Positions 29,084-38,707 of a DNA stretch of 64,000 nt are shown here, piece after piece. Origin of the DNA: Candidatus Hydrogenedentota bacterium. GTDB taxonomy: Bacteria > Hydrogenedentota > Hydrogenedentia > Hydrogenedentales > SLHB01. A program made the translations under genes and the position numbers. Under the pieces are notes generated by a model, which saw only the letters and a list, made by a program, of their open reading frames with translations, made no database searches and was not told the origin of the DNA. Numbering within the stretch: position 1 is the first letter of the stretch; each line of letters opens with the position of its first letter. The stretch covers positions 224,001 to 288,000 of the forward strand of contig CAVUWV010000018.1 in assembly GCA_963745075.1 (NCBI GenBank). Reading direction: 5' to 3'.

Positions 29084-30057
29084 AATCCTTTGAATATGCG
29101 ACCCCGGAACGTCTGGACGACGCGCTGACCCTGCTCTCCTCCGGTTCGGAAAAGGCCGTCGTGCTTGCGGGCGGTACGGATCTCGTCACGTCCATGAAGC
29201 AGGGCATCATGGCACCGACCCGCGTAGTCAGTCTTAAGGCCATCAACGAACTACAAGGTATCGAGAAGAACGGCGACACCGTCAAAGTCGGCGCGATGAC
29301 GTTGCTGGCGGATTTGGCGTCCGACGACACCGTCGCAAAACTCTACCCGGCGCTGGTGACGGCGGTGAAGAAGATCGGCAGCCACCAGATCATAAACATG
29401 GGCACGGTCGGCGGCGATTTGTGCCAGTATCCGCGTTGCTGGTACTACCGCAACGGTTTCGGGCTGTTCGGCATGGAGAACGGCCAGGAACTGATTCCCG
29501 GCGGCGAGAACAAGTATCACGCCATCTTCGGGAACGACGGACCGGCAAAGTATGTCAGCGCGTCGAGTCTTGGCCCGGTATTGGTGGCACTTGGCGCGAC
29601 TGTAACCGTCCGGGGGGCCGATAACCAGTCCCGCGACATCCCTGCCAACGAGTTCTTCAAAACACCAAAGGCGGTCGAAGATGGAATCACGGCAGCCAGA
29701 CCCACCGAAATCGTGACGCATATCAACTTCCCGGAAAAAGCGACCAGCAACGCCACTTACGAGGTCCGCGAACGGGAAGGGCTGGATTGGCCATTGGTGA
29801 CCGCCACAGTCGTCTATACGGACGACGGTGGAAAGGCATCGGATACGCGCGTGGTGCTGGGTCATGTCGCGCCGGTTCCGTGGATCGCCACCGGTGCGGC
29901 ACAGGCGCTGGAAGGGAACGCGGTGGACGAGTCTACCGCTGCTGCTGCGGGTGCTGCGGCGACACAAGGCGCCACACCGTTGAGCAAGAACGGATACAAA
30001 GTCCAACTCGTGAAAGTTGCCGTGAAGCGTGCCGCGCTGGCGGCGGCAAACGCCTGA
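29080..30057 (+). CDS. Xanthine-dehydrogenase-family FAD subunit (PaoB/YagS-like)
   Basis: LAGGTDLV, QIINMGTVGGDLCQYPRCWYYR, VLGHVAPVPW, PLSKNGYK. Confidence 0.9.
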   Translation: MKSFEYATPERLDDALTLLSSGSEKAVVLAGGTDLVTSMKQGIMAPTRVVSLKAINELQGIEKNGDTVKVGAMTLLADLASDDTVAKLYPALVTAVKKIGSHQIINMGTVGGDLCQYPRCWYYRNGFGLFGMENGQELIPGGENKYHAIFGNDGPAKYVSASSLGPVLVALGATVTVRGADNQSRDIPANEFFKTPKAVEDGITAARPTEIVTHINFPEKATSNATYEVREREGLDWPLVTATVVYTDDGGKASDTRVVLGHVAPVPWIATGAAQALEGNAVDESTAAAAGAAATQGATPLSKNGYKVQLVKVAVKRAALAAANA

Positions 30058-30082
30058 CCGGGCAATTCGGGAGGTACCCACG

Positions 30083-30286
30083 ATGTCGAACGCAGGGCCG
30101 GGAAATCAATTCCCCTGTAAACATATACGCTCCAAAGAGATGTACTATCAGGCCGACCAGACTGATGGAGATCAGTACTCCGGCGGAATCTACTGGTGCG
30201 CAAAGAGCCATGAGACCTTCGGGCCGGACGGTGAGCCGGTGGACCGGTCGGAATGTACGCCAAGCCGCGCGTGTTTCGAGGAGTAG
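30083..30286 (+). CDS. Small Cys4 protein (C-x26-C-x18-C-x5-C), possible metal or Fe-S binding
   Basis: 67 aa; RBS GGGAGG; 25 nt after the FAD-subunit stop; PCKHIRSK...YWC...FGPDG...EC...RACFE. Confidence 0.72.
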   Translation: MSNAGPGNQFPCKHIRSKEMYYQADQTDGDQYSGGIYWCAKSHETFGPDGEPVDRSECTPSRACFEE

Positions 30287-30349
30287 CTGCAAGTGTAACC
30301 GCGCACGCCGCGCGGGGGTATGCGTACTCACCGAAATGGAGGCTCTGTC

Positions 30350-31030
30350 ATGAAATTCACGGCAATCGTTGCCGCTTTGGCTTTGGTGCTGTTCACCAGT
30401 GTAACGCTGGACACCACCGGTGACGATGCGGTCCAGGGAAAATATGTCGAGACCCGCTCGTGCGACGTGTACACGGGGCCGTGCTTCGCGAACGGCGAAG
30501 TGGGCGTTACGGGAACGGAAGCGATCCTGACGTGGTCGGTCGATCGCGGGAAATGGGACGGCGTTTCGTTGGATGGATTGAACGTAATCGCTGTTATTCA
30601 TTCGACCAACACGCTGGGCAATCCGTATCAAACGCCGCTGCCCGCGAAGTCGGTGCTGATCGTCGATTCTCACGCGACCAAGACACAGCGGGAAGCCTTG
30701 ACGGACATGGCCAAGGATCTCAGCGGCAATCTGACCGAAGACGTTGTCGAGGTAAAGATCGCTCCGATCACGACGAGCATCGGTACCTGCGATAAGTCCG
30801 GTTGTGCGCGCGTTAAAGCGGATGGACTGGTCGAAGTTGCGACGCGCTGCCTCGCCAGCAAGGACGAGATCTGTGGCAATGAGAACACGTTCTATCCTCC
30901 GTTGACCGCGGTAGACCATGCGATGCCCGCGTACACGAACGTGGCCAGCTACGAGGGTAACGGGCTGGGCATCACGTTCAAGAACCTGGATCGGCGCAGC
31001 GCATTCCTTGCCACGTTCTCGCACTCGTAA
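30350..31030 (+). CDS. Secreted DUF1326-like Cys-containing protein
   Basis: Signal peptide; GKYVETRSCDVYTGPCFANGE; G-x-x-DGVSLDGL; six Cys; RBS GGAGG. Confidence 0.7.
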   Translation: MKFTAIVAALALVLFTSVTLDTTGDDAVQGKYVETRSCDVYTGPCFANGEVGVTGTEAILTWSVDRGKWDGVSLDGLNVIAVIHSTNTLGNPYQTPLPAKSVLIVDSHATKTQREALTDMAKDLSGNLTEDVVEVKIAPITTSIGTCDKSGCARVKADGLVEVATRCLASKDEICGNENTFYPPLTAVDHAMPAYTNVASYEGNGLGITFKNLDRRSAFLATFSHS

Positions 31031-31061
31031 TCGACGGATTGAGCCTGTATTCTGGGAGTTT

Positions 31062-31093
31062 GGAGGCCCGCAGGGGCGCCGGGCTCCTTTTTT
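31062..31093 (+). terminator. Intrinsic terminator
   Basis: GGAG(G)CCCG...CGGGCTCC followed by T6. Confidence 0.7.
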
Positions 31094-31150
31094 GTCCGGA
31101 ACACCCTTGAATGGACAACGCAGAACGCAGTGACGAAAGGAGATAGTGTA

Positions 31151-31843
31151 GTGAAGCGGAGAGGATTTCTTGGTGCGGTATTCGGCCTGTGTGTTGCGGC
31201 AGCCCTGTCGATACCGGCGGCCGGTCAAGAACTCGCGCTGAAACAAGCCCAAGTCGATCCCCCGGACACGGTCGCCGCGGAGATGCGCGGTTTGCTCGAT
31301 ACGAACGCCGTTCAGCTCCTGGACGGAGACAAGCCCGTTTTCGAATTCTGGTTCCGGAAAGACGTGCCGCTGTCCGGGAAACCTGGCGACGGCACATCCG
31401 CCCTGTCCCTGCTGAAAGAAGTCACCTATATCGGCGTCGTGAATGTGCACGAGCGGCGCAAGGACTTCCGCAACGACGACGTCGAGCCCGGTGTGTACAC
31501 GATGCGTTTGGGCATTCTGCCAACGGACGGCAACCATCTTGGCGTAGCGCCCTTTCCCTACATGGCGATTCTGGTACCGGCCAAGTACGACAAAGGGCTC
31601 GACGCCATTCCCGACCACGATACCCTCGCGGATTTGAGCGGACAGGACACCTACGCCGAACACCCCAGCACGCTGAGTCTCCAACCGCTCGGCGATGACG
31701 AGGCCAAAGGCGATTTTCCACGAACCGGCGAAGGCGGGGACGACTGGAAGTTTCTCTTCGTAAAACTCTCCGCAAAAGTCAACGGCGACGGCGCAGCCGA
31801 ACTGCCGTTCAAAATGGTCTACGAGGGCCACGGGCAAATCTGA
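31151..31843 (+). CDS. Exported hypothetical protein, possibly Tat-dependent
   Basis: GTG start after AAAGGAG; KRRGFL motif plus hydrophobic core; conserved-looking DFR...PGVYTMR...PTDGNHLGV...HP. Confidence 0.75.
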   Translation: MKRRGFLGAVFGLCVAAALSIPAAGQELALKQAQVDPPDTVAAEMRGLLDTNAVQLLDGDKPVFEFWFRKDVPLSGKPGDGTSALSLLKEVTYIGVVNVHERRKDFRNDDVEPGVYTMRLGILPTDGNHLGVAPFPYMAILVPAKYDKGLDAIPDHDTLADLSGQDTYAEHPSTLSLQPLGDDEAKGDFPRTGEGGDDWKFLFVKLSAKVNGDGAAELPFKMVYEGHGQI

Positions 31844-31898
31844 CGACACACCAGATTCCAGGGTTCCGGCGCGATCGTGCGGGCCGATTCCGCAGACG

Positions 31899-32056
31899 AC
31901 ATCCCCCTTGATCCCCCTTCAAAGGGGGAAATGCGCACCCCTCATTCGTGGTGGTAGATATTGTCACTCGCGTTGATACGAAGTCGTCGTTTGCCCCAAA
32001 CGCAATGCGAATCGTTGCGAAGAATTCCCCCTTTGAAGGGGGATCAAGGGGGATGT
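31899..32056. repeat. 32-bp perfect inverted repeat, REP doublet or MITE-like
   Basis: ACATCCCCCTTGATCCCCCTTCAAAGGGGGAA (31899-31930) and its exact reverse complement (32025-32056); 94-bp spacer. Confidence 0.88.
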
Positions 32057-32119
32057 TCTTCTCGGTCTGGCAGGGTTCCGAGAATGAACTCTAATTCTCA
32101 GGATAATGCAATAAACGCG

Positions 32120-32816
32120 TTACGGCGCCGCTTTGAATGCGTAAAGCTTGATGTTCCGGACGGCGGAAGCGGTACGCCACGTTGCAATACCCAGAGGCAC
32201 TGAGGGCTGGACCTCCCACCGGATGCCGATCTCGCGGCCCTTGGTTTCCACATCCACCAACTTCTCGTCGTCGATCCACGCTTCGATCTTCTCCGGCGTA
32301 ACGCGTACCCGAATATGGTACCAGCGGTCCATCTCAAAATCGCGGAACCGCGCCGTCTCGTTGTTGTAGGCGTCGTAGAAATCAAGCGATGAGATGCCGA
32401 CGCAGGTGCCGCCCCAGCCGCCGACGATGAACGAGCACGGGTCGTCTCCGTAAGGAAAGGTGAGCCCGCAAAAGAAATCGCTGCCTTCGGTGCGTTTGGC
32501 GTCGAGGGAAATCTCGTAGTTCATCCGGACAAGCGGGCCGTGCCACGTGATACCGGTCATGTCGTTGCCGACGCCGAGATTGCAGGTGCCGTCCTTGGCC
32601 GTCACGTCACCGCCGTAGGTGAAATCCGAGACTTTCCATCCTTTGGAGTCATGGAACTCGGTCTTGTGGTTCCCCGTTCTCGCCTATATTGTTCGTGAGC
32701 ACGAGATCCACGTCGGGAAGATCCTTGTCTTTGGCCTTGGCGCTCTTGCCCTCTTGACCGGTGCTGGCGCAAGCGCCTAAGGTCAGCACGATTAAAAGAG
32801 CACAGCCATACCTCAT
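32120..32816 (-). CDS. DUF1080 (3-keto-disaccharide hydrolase-like) lipoprotein; frameshift near 32672
   Basis: Lipobox LGAC; after removing one G: WKVSDFTYGGDV...MTGITW...NYEISLDAKR...DFFCGLTFP...GGWGG...WYHIRVRV. Confidence 0.7.
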
Positions 32817-32984
32817 CGCATTGAAGCGATCCCGCGTTATCATTCCAAATCCTCCAGGCGAAACGTTTCTATTGGGATTTCTTCCGGTGCCGGTTTGGTG
32901 TCAACAGGCGGCACGAACACTATCGTATGCGCAACCGGACGTAGCAATCCAGTCGGCGACTCTTACGCATTTGTGAACTCCGGA

Positions 32985-34703
32985 TCACACACGGCTCAAC
33001 ACCTGATACCGAAGTGCCAGGCGCACAAAGGCGTACATGGCGAAAAAGAGGACCACGGAATACACGACCCCGATCTTGGACGGCCAGATCGAGAAGGCGC
33101 CCACAATCCCCACGAGCATGATCATGTTGCCGATGTGCACCGAGAGACGATCCATCGGAAGACTCACGAGCGTTGCGCGCGATATCTTGCCAATGTGATA
33201 AAGCGTGACCGCAACCGTTGCTATGACAAAGGGCATCAACAGCCATATCCGTTCGGGCGGGAATTGGTATTGGTCCACGGCACTATCGTCGTAGAGTTCC
33301 AGAATCACGCCCATCCGGTTGGTGACCCCGTGAAACGCGAAGAACAGGAAATAGAACACGCAGAAGTGGAGCGCCAAACTCTGCTGCCGGTCGCGGATGA
33401 ATGACGGATCATGCCTCCGCGTGCCCACGATGCAGATCCAAGTTACGGCCGCCACGTAGAACGCGCCGACAGGCCAACCCGCAACCCTTCCGTCCTCGTA
33501 GTAGATATACAAGAACACCAAGAGGACGCCGGCAGCCGACGCGAGCGGCCTGCACCACGCATCCACGAAGGTCCACGACTTGGCGGGGCGATCGAGGGGC
33601 GTACCCGCGCGGCGAAGGGCCCAGCACATCGCAAGTACGTAGACAATGCCCAGGTTAAACCCGGCGTTGAGTTCCCACATTTTCCACCAATCGATGTACT
33701 GCGGGTTTACCCCGTACCCGAGGCACCAGAGTGCGCTGAGGACCATGCCGACGCCGAATCCGAAGCCAAGCAGAGAGCCCATGACTAACGTTGTCTTGTC
33801 CCGCTGCAGCGCGGCTACGAGCAGCGCACCAACCCACCACGCAATGACGATGGCGTTCTGCGCGTTCGTGTAGACGGTGCGGCCAAGGTGCTTGCCCAGT
33901 TCGCCGGTAAATAAGCCGAGGCTGTCGTTCGGGAAGAACAGCCACAGTCCCATCCAATACAGGAGACCTGCCGTGTAGGCGACGCTCAATATGGAAAGTA
34001 TCCAACCAACGACGCGGGCCACTCCGGCCCTACGGCTCACGATCCAACTGACGGCAATAAGCGCCATCGCCACGCACCACGCGCCGATCATGAACGTCGA
34101 GGTATGAATGAACGAGACGGGCGGAAGCTCGGTCCCTGGTTGCGGCACGTAGATTCCCAGACTGTAGTTGGGGAAGAACCAGCCGGGCTGAATCTGGATG
34201 AGCATTCGGCCCAACAGGGCCACGCCCAAGGGTGCGACAATGCGCGTCAACCAGCGATGTAGCGATTCCGTGCCGCCGAGGAGCCATCCGAGCGCGATGC
34301 CGCCCGGCGCGGCCCAGGCGACTCCGATCAGAACGAACCAAAAATAGCCGTGCGCCGACGCCACGTGAATGGTCTCGTCGCCAACTTCGAAGATACCGCG
34401 AATCCATCCGACGTATTGACCGTAGCCCCACTCACCGCCGATGGAGACCCCCATTCCCAACCATAGCCCGATGCCGCGCGCGTCGACCCCCCGGCATCGG
34501 CACACCCAGTACCAGAGGATGCCCCAGGCCATTCCCGGCACGATGACGCCATCAATCCCGCCCCAGCCGGAGGTTCCGCGAATGGCCCAGGCGATCGCCC
34601 CGACGCAACCAAACAAAAGCGCCAGCAGAATAAACTCCGCATTCGCGCCGACACGCAACGGTGTGTGCCGCGCATGAAGCGACTCATCGGAAATGGCGAG
34701 CAT
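32985..34703 (-). CDS. Hypothetical polytopic membrane protein
   Basis: 572-aa ORF with many hydrophobic helices; Gly/Trp-rich N-terminus (WAIRG..GWGG, GYGQY). Confidence 0.7.
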   Translation of the reverse strand: MLAISDESLHARHTPLRVGANAEFILLALLFGCVGAIAWAIRGTSGWGGIDGVIVPGMAWGILWYWVCRCRGVDARGIGLWLGMGVSIGGEWGYGQYVGWIRGIFEVGDETIHVASAHGYFWFVLIGVAWAAPGGIALGWLLGGTESLHRWLTRIVAPLGVALLGRMLIQIQPGWFFPNYSLGIYVPQPGTELPPVSFIHTSTFMIGAWCVAMALIAVSWIVSRRAGVARVVGWILSILSVAYTAGLLYWMGLWLFFPNDSLGLFTGELGKHLGRTVYTNAQNAIVIAWWVGALLVAALQRDKTTLVMGSLLGFGFGVGMVLSALWCLGYGVNPQYIDWWKMWELNAGFNLGIVYVLAMCWALRRAGTPLDRPAKSWTFVDAWCRPLASAAGVLLVFLYIYYEDGRVAGWPVGAFYVAAVTWICIVGTRRHDPSFIRDRQQSLALHFCVFYFLFFAFHGVTNRMGVILELYDDSAVDQYQFPPERIWLLMPFVIATVAVTLYHIGKISRATLVSLPMDRLSVHIGNMIMLVGIVGAFSIWPSKIGVVYSVVLFFAMYAFVRLALRYQVLSRV

Positions 34704-34810
34704 GAACGTCCCCCGTTTACCCCAATTTCAGGCCCGATTGCTTTCGGTGGGCGGTAGTGTCCCATGGTTTGGCCGAGATATCAAGACTGCCGGGAAAGTA
34801 GCGGCAAAAC

Positions 34811-34844
34811 AAAAAAAAGAGGCCAACCCATACCGGTTGGCCCC
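34811..34844 (-). terminator. Intrinsic terminator of tRNA-Leu
   Basis: Minus strand GGCCAACC...GGTTGGCC followed by T8. Confidence 0.85.
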
Positions 34845-34855
34845 GAGTTTTCAGA

Positions 34856-34942
34856 TGGTGCCGGGGAAGGGAATCGAACCCCCACTCCCTTGCGGGAACC
34901 GGATTTTGAGTCCGGCGCGTCTGCCAGTTTCGCCACCCCGGC
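34856..34942 (-). tRNA. tRNA-Leu(CAA)
   Basis: GCCGGGG acceptor stem, CCGGA-CTCAAAA-TCCGG anticodon arm, long variable arm, GTTCGATT T-loop, encoded CCA. Confidence 0.96.
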
Positions 34943-34952
34943 AAGAAGCGGG

Positions 34953-34982
34953 AGTATAGCGAATAGACCAGAGGCGATGCAA
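34953..34982 (-). promoter_or_regulatory. Sigma70-type promoter of tRNA-Leu
   Basis: TTGCAT-N18-TATACT ending 10 nt before the tRNA 5' end. Confidence 0.6.
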
Positions 34983-35140
34983 TCTGGGGTCGGGTCGGTT
35001 GCCATTTTGTCCATTAATGGTCCAGCCATCGAGAGGAGCCGATTCGGATCATTGGAATATCGAGCATGATCAACATCGGTCGACGCGGAAGGAATCTGCT
35101 ACACTGAACTCCGGCCCGGGCACGCACGAGGAGAACTGTC

Positions 35141-35704
35141 TTGGAACTGGACCGAATCACGGATGCCTGGACGGTGTACGAGGACGAGAAGGGTCGTACA
35201 CACGTCACTCGACATAAGATTCCGGAACCGGACCACTACGCTTCGAATGGGTCCTCTCAAATCGAAGCCTATGTGACGAAGGTGGTTCACTCGACAGAGA
35301 GTTTCTCCTCGCTCATTGTTTCCACACCCGATGGAGAGGTCGCTCTCCTTCTTCTGAAACAAGATAGCAACCTACAGATCACGCTATCGATAGATGTCAC
35401 GAGTAAACCTGATGAAGAACAGGCACTGAGGAGATTCTTTGCGTGCCGAGGAATCGGACCCATCGACGACTACCTTGCTCAGAACGGGGATGTCCCTGAC
35501 GCCACTCGAATGCTGAGTTTCCCCTTACCGTCTGACATAGAATTCGTGACGGTCCTTAGCAAGGAACTGCTTGTACAAGTCTACGGGGTGAATGAGCGCG
35601 CGGCGTTAGATTTCAGCTTTGAAGAATCGACTACGCGACCTCGTATGTCGCTACGTTCGCGGATATTGGGCATTATCTTCGGATGGTTCGTTGGAGGGGC
35701 TTAA
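35141..35704 (+). CDS. Hypothetical protein
   Basis: 187-aa ORF; GAGGAG upstream of TTG; visibly less GC-rich than its neighbours. Confidence 0.55.
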   Translation: MELDRITDAWTVYEDEKGRTHVTRHKIPEPDHYASNGSSQIEAYVTKVVHSTESFSSLIVSTPDGEVALLLLKQDSNLQITLSIDVTSKPDEEQALRRFFACRGIGPIDDYLAQNGDVPDATRMLSFPLPSDIEFVTVLSKELLVQVYGVNERAALDFSFEESTTRPRMSLRSRILGIIFGWFVGGA

Positions 35705-35791
35705 GGTCCCATTGAGCGCGGGAGAATAACAGGGAACCCAGCGAACCTAAGAACCCGATCAGACCGAAAACAAGCGCGGTGGCTCAAAGAC

Positions 35792-36016
35792 CTACGTTGT
35801 CGAAAGGGGACGGAGTTCGAAGATGCGCCCGAAGTGGGCAGCCGCTTTCGGGTCGCCACGCCGAAGGGCTTCACGGGCATCGTCCAATCGATGGGCGTCT
35901 TCCACGCTCAAGCAAGGCGACCATCCACTTTCCTTGTCCAGAAGTTCCACTTCCACATCTGCTACATAGGACCCTTCATGCACGTATTTGGTCTTCTTTC
36001 GCCTTTGCATGGACAT
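35792..36016 (-). CDS. Small hypothetical protein, possibly an orphan antitoxin-like gene
   Basis: 74 aa; KYVHEGSYVADVEVEL...WSPCLSVEDAHRLDDAREALRRGD; 9 nt after the GNAT stop. Confidence 0.6.
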   Translation of the reverse strand: MSMQRRKKTKYVHEGSYVADVEVELLDKESGWSPCLSVEDAHRLDDAREALRRGDPKAAAHFGRIFELRPLSTT

Positions 36017-36025
36017 CGCTTTTCG

Positions 36026-37232
36026 CTAAAATCGGTCAAACATCCACACATACGGCGCACGCTTTGGGAAGATGGTGGTAAACAAAGCCCGCGCTTCGGG
36101 GGAAATCAGGCAGCGGCGTTCGTCGAGCAGGTCTTCGGCGTAACGGTAGCCGGTGACGAGATGCATGAGATCGCCGTGGGTGAGGCTAATCTTGGAGGCG
36201 CCCACTCCGGTTGCGATATCGACGGCGCCGTGATTGGAACGGATACGGTAGGCGCTTCCATTTACGAGCAGCGTGAATTCGGTGCGCAATTCCCTGACCG
36301 CGCTGCGGCCGATCAATGACTCCCACTCCGGAATCATGGATTCAAGTGTCTCGCCGACGTTCGACAAAGGCCATCATGCCGCCGCCGTCGCGATCGACGC
36401 GCATTTCGTGCACGGAACGGAACTGCGAGAGGAAACGTCCGAAGGCGTTGGACGGCGGCACGTGGAACCGCACCCGCGCCAATCCTTCCTGCTCGGCGAA
36501 ATGTCCGGCGGCGGACACCACGGCGGCGCAGATTCCGGGATGATCCACCCCCACTTCACAGATTTGCAAGGACTCGCCATCCGGCCGGGCCAGGTAGTAG
36601 GCGACGAGTTTGCCGCGTTCGTCTTTCAACACGCGCCACTCGCTCCATCGGCTCCACTTGTTGCGGATGTGCCCGGCGGAACGAATGAGCGAGCAGACAG
36701 ATGTGCGGTCGTTGGCATTATGGATCTTTTGGATCGCGGCCACGTCGCCCGGCTTGGCGGGGTGTTCGCGGAACGGGTTCTCAAAGGACAAGGCCTCCAT
36801 CGTATCGAGCCAGACCGAATAGTCAGCAAGCGTCGTCACGTAGCCGAATCGTTGATAGAAGTCGACGATGCCGAACAGCATGGACACGTGATACCCGTGT
36901 TCACGCATGTAGTGCATGGTGTCTTCGATGAGTTGGCGACTGACACCCCGCCGCTGGTAATGCGCGGCGGTCGCGACCCACCCAAGTCCGCCCATTTTCA
37001 GACGGGCTTCCCCAAGTCGAATGGTGTCCGTGGTGAGGCGCAATGCGCCCAGAACTTCGTGCTTGCGGACGGCGATACGCGTGTGTTCGCGACGGTAACC
37101 CGGGTACTGAGCGGCACAGGATTCCAGCCACCGGGTAGCGAGATCATCGCCTTCGGTGTGCGCCTTGGCCATCAAGTCGATGGCCATGCGCAGTTCGTCG
37201 CTGGATTCCACCGGTTTTACTGCAATCTCCAT
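36026..37232 (-). CDS. Eis-like GNAT acetyltransferase with SCP2-like C-terminus; frameshift near 36362
   Basis: GGLGWVAT...YQRRGVS, SMLFGIVDFYQRFGY; second ORF continues NVGETLE...LMHLVTGYR. Confidence 0.8.
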
Positions 37233-37354
37233 CGTTCACACGTCCGTTAGGATTCCCCAATTCTGGGTGAATTGTACCACAGAACATGCGGGGGACATGG
37301 AGCGGGAATACGAAAATGCACGGGGATTTCGCCCGCCGGGAATTCGGCGGGAAC

Positions 37355-38707
37355 CTACTCGTGCCGCAGGGCTTCCACGGGATCCATATTGGCGGCGCGC
37401 ATGGCGGGATAGATGCCGAAAACGATCCCCACGATGGCCGATATACTGAAGGCAATCATGGGCGACCACGGGGTTACGATCGTTTTGAGGTCCGCGAAGT
37501 ACTGGATGAAATAGGGTATCGCCAGTCCCAGCGCGACCCCGATAATCCCGCCCGTGGCGGAGAGCAGTACGGTCTCGATCAGAAATTGAAGCACGATGTC
37601 CTTTTTCTTGGCGCCGAGCGCGCGCCGGATACCGATTTCGCGGGTTCGTTCCGTGACGGTCGCCAACATAATATTCATGATTCCGATACCGCCAACGAGG
37701 AGGGAAATCGCGGCGATCGCACCCAACACAATGTTGAAGATGCGCTTGGTCCGTTCCGCTTGGCGTAGCAGATCGAGGGGAACGATGATCTCGTAGTCTA
37801 TCTTCTTATGGGTAGAGGCCAGAAGGTCGGCGATGATGTGCCACGTCTCGACGACGTCATCGATATTGTCTACCTTTACCGTCGCTTCGTGCAGTTGCAC
37901 GCGTTCGGCATTAAAGCTGCCGCTGCTCCGCTGGACGATCAGCTCGCCGAATCGGTTTTTCGATGCCGTCAGCGGAATGTACATTTCAAACGGAGCGCCG
38001 GTCGAGTGGCCGCCGTTTCCCAGGCCGCCGTTGGTGGGCGAAGCCATGGTGTTCCGCTCCGACTCCGGTTCCATCATTCCGATAACCTGATAGTAGTCGC
38101 CGTCCACCCGCACCATCTTGCCGATGGGATCGTCGATGGGAAACAACCGCGGGGCCATGCCATCGCCGAGCACACAAACGTTCACATTGTTTTCCAGTTC
38201 CTCTTCCGTGAAAAAGCGGCCGCTCGACACGTAGTGGTTGCGCATTGCAGGGTATTCGGGAACGGTGCCGATGATGTCGCAATCGATCCGGTTCGGCCCG
38301 TTCCACACGTCCTTCCGAACGATTCGGGAAGGGATGATGGTATCCACGGTAGGGATGGTGGCTTCCATGCGGTCAACGTCGTCGTAGGTGACACCGTACT
38401 CGACGACAAAGTTCCGTTCCGCAGTGCTGCTCCGATCTTCGGGAGGTTTGACGCTGCGGATGATTATGTTGTTGCTGCCAAGGCGGCGAATCTGTTGCTG
38501 GGCTTCAAAGCTCAACCCTTCGCCGATGGCGAGCATGGCGATCACGGAACATACGCCGAAGACGATACCGAGACCGGTCAGCAACGAGCGCAGACGATGC
38601 AGCCACAGACTTTTCAGACCCAGGCGTATGGAACGCCGGATACGCTCGGCGTCGCCCGCCCAGCGGGACCAGGAGAATCCGGATGCCTGGCTAGTTGCGG
38701 CGGTCAT
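37355..38707 (-). CDS. ABC transporter permease (MacB/FtsX type)
   Basis: LRSLLTGLGIVFGV, ISLLVGGIGIMNIMLATVTERTREIGIRRALGA, YPAMRAANMDPVEALRHE. Confidence 0.93.
   Translation of the reverse strand: MTAATSQASGFSWSRWAGDAERIRRSIRLGLKSLWLHRLRSLLTGLGIVFGVCSVIAMLAIGEGLSFEAQQQIRRLGSNNIIIRSVKPPEDRSSTAERNFVVEYGVTYDDVDRMEATIPTVDTIIPSRIVRKDVWNGPNRIDCDIIGTVPEYPAMRNHYVSSGRFFTEEELENNVNVCVLGDGMAPRLFPIDDPIGKMVRVDGDYYQVIGMMEPESERNTMASPTNGGLGNGGHSTGAPFEMYIPLTASKNRFGELIVQRSSGSFNAERVQLHEATVKVDNIDDVVETWHIIADLLASTHKKIDYEIIVPLDLLRQAERTKRIFNIVLGAIAAISLLVGGIGIMNIMLATVTERTREIGIRRALGAKKKDIVLQFLIETVLLSATGGIIGVALGLAIPYFIQYFADLKTIVTPWSPMIAFSISAIVGIVFGIYPAMRAANMDPVEALRHE

Noticed and set aside
34856..36016. Genomic island integrated at tRNA-Leu
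   Set aside because: No integrase and no duplicated tRNA 3' end noticed. The odd ORFs lie on the tRNA 5' side and the terminator is intact.
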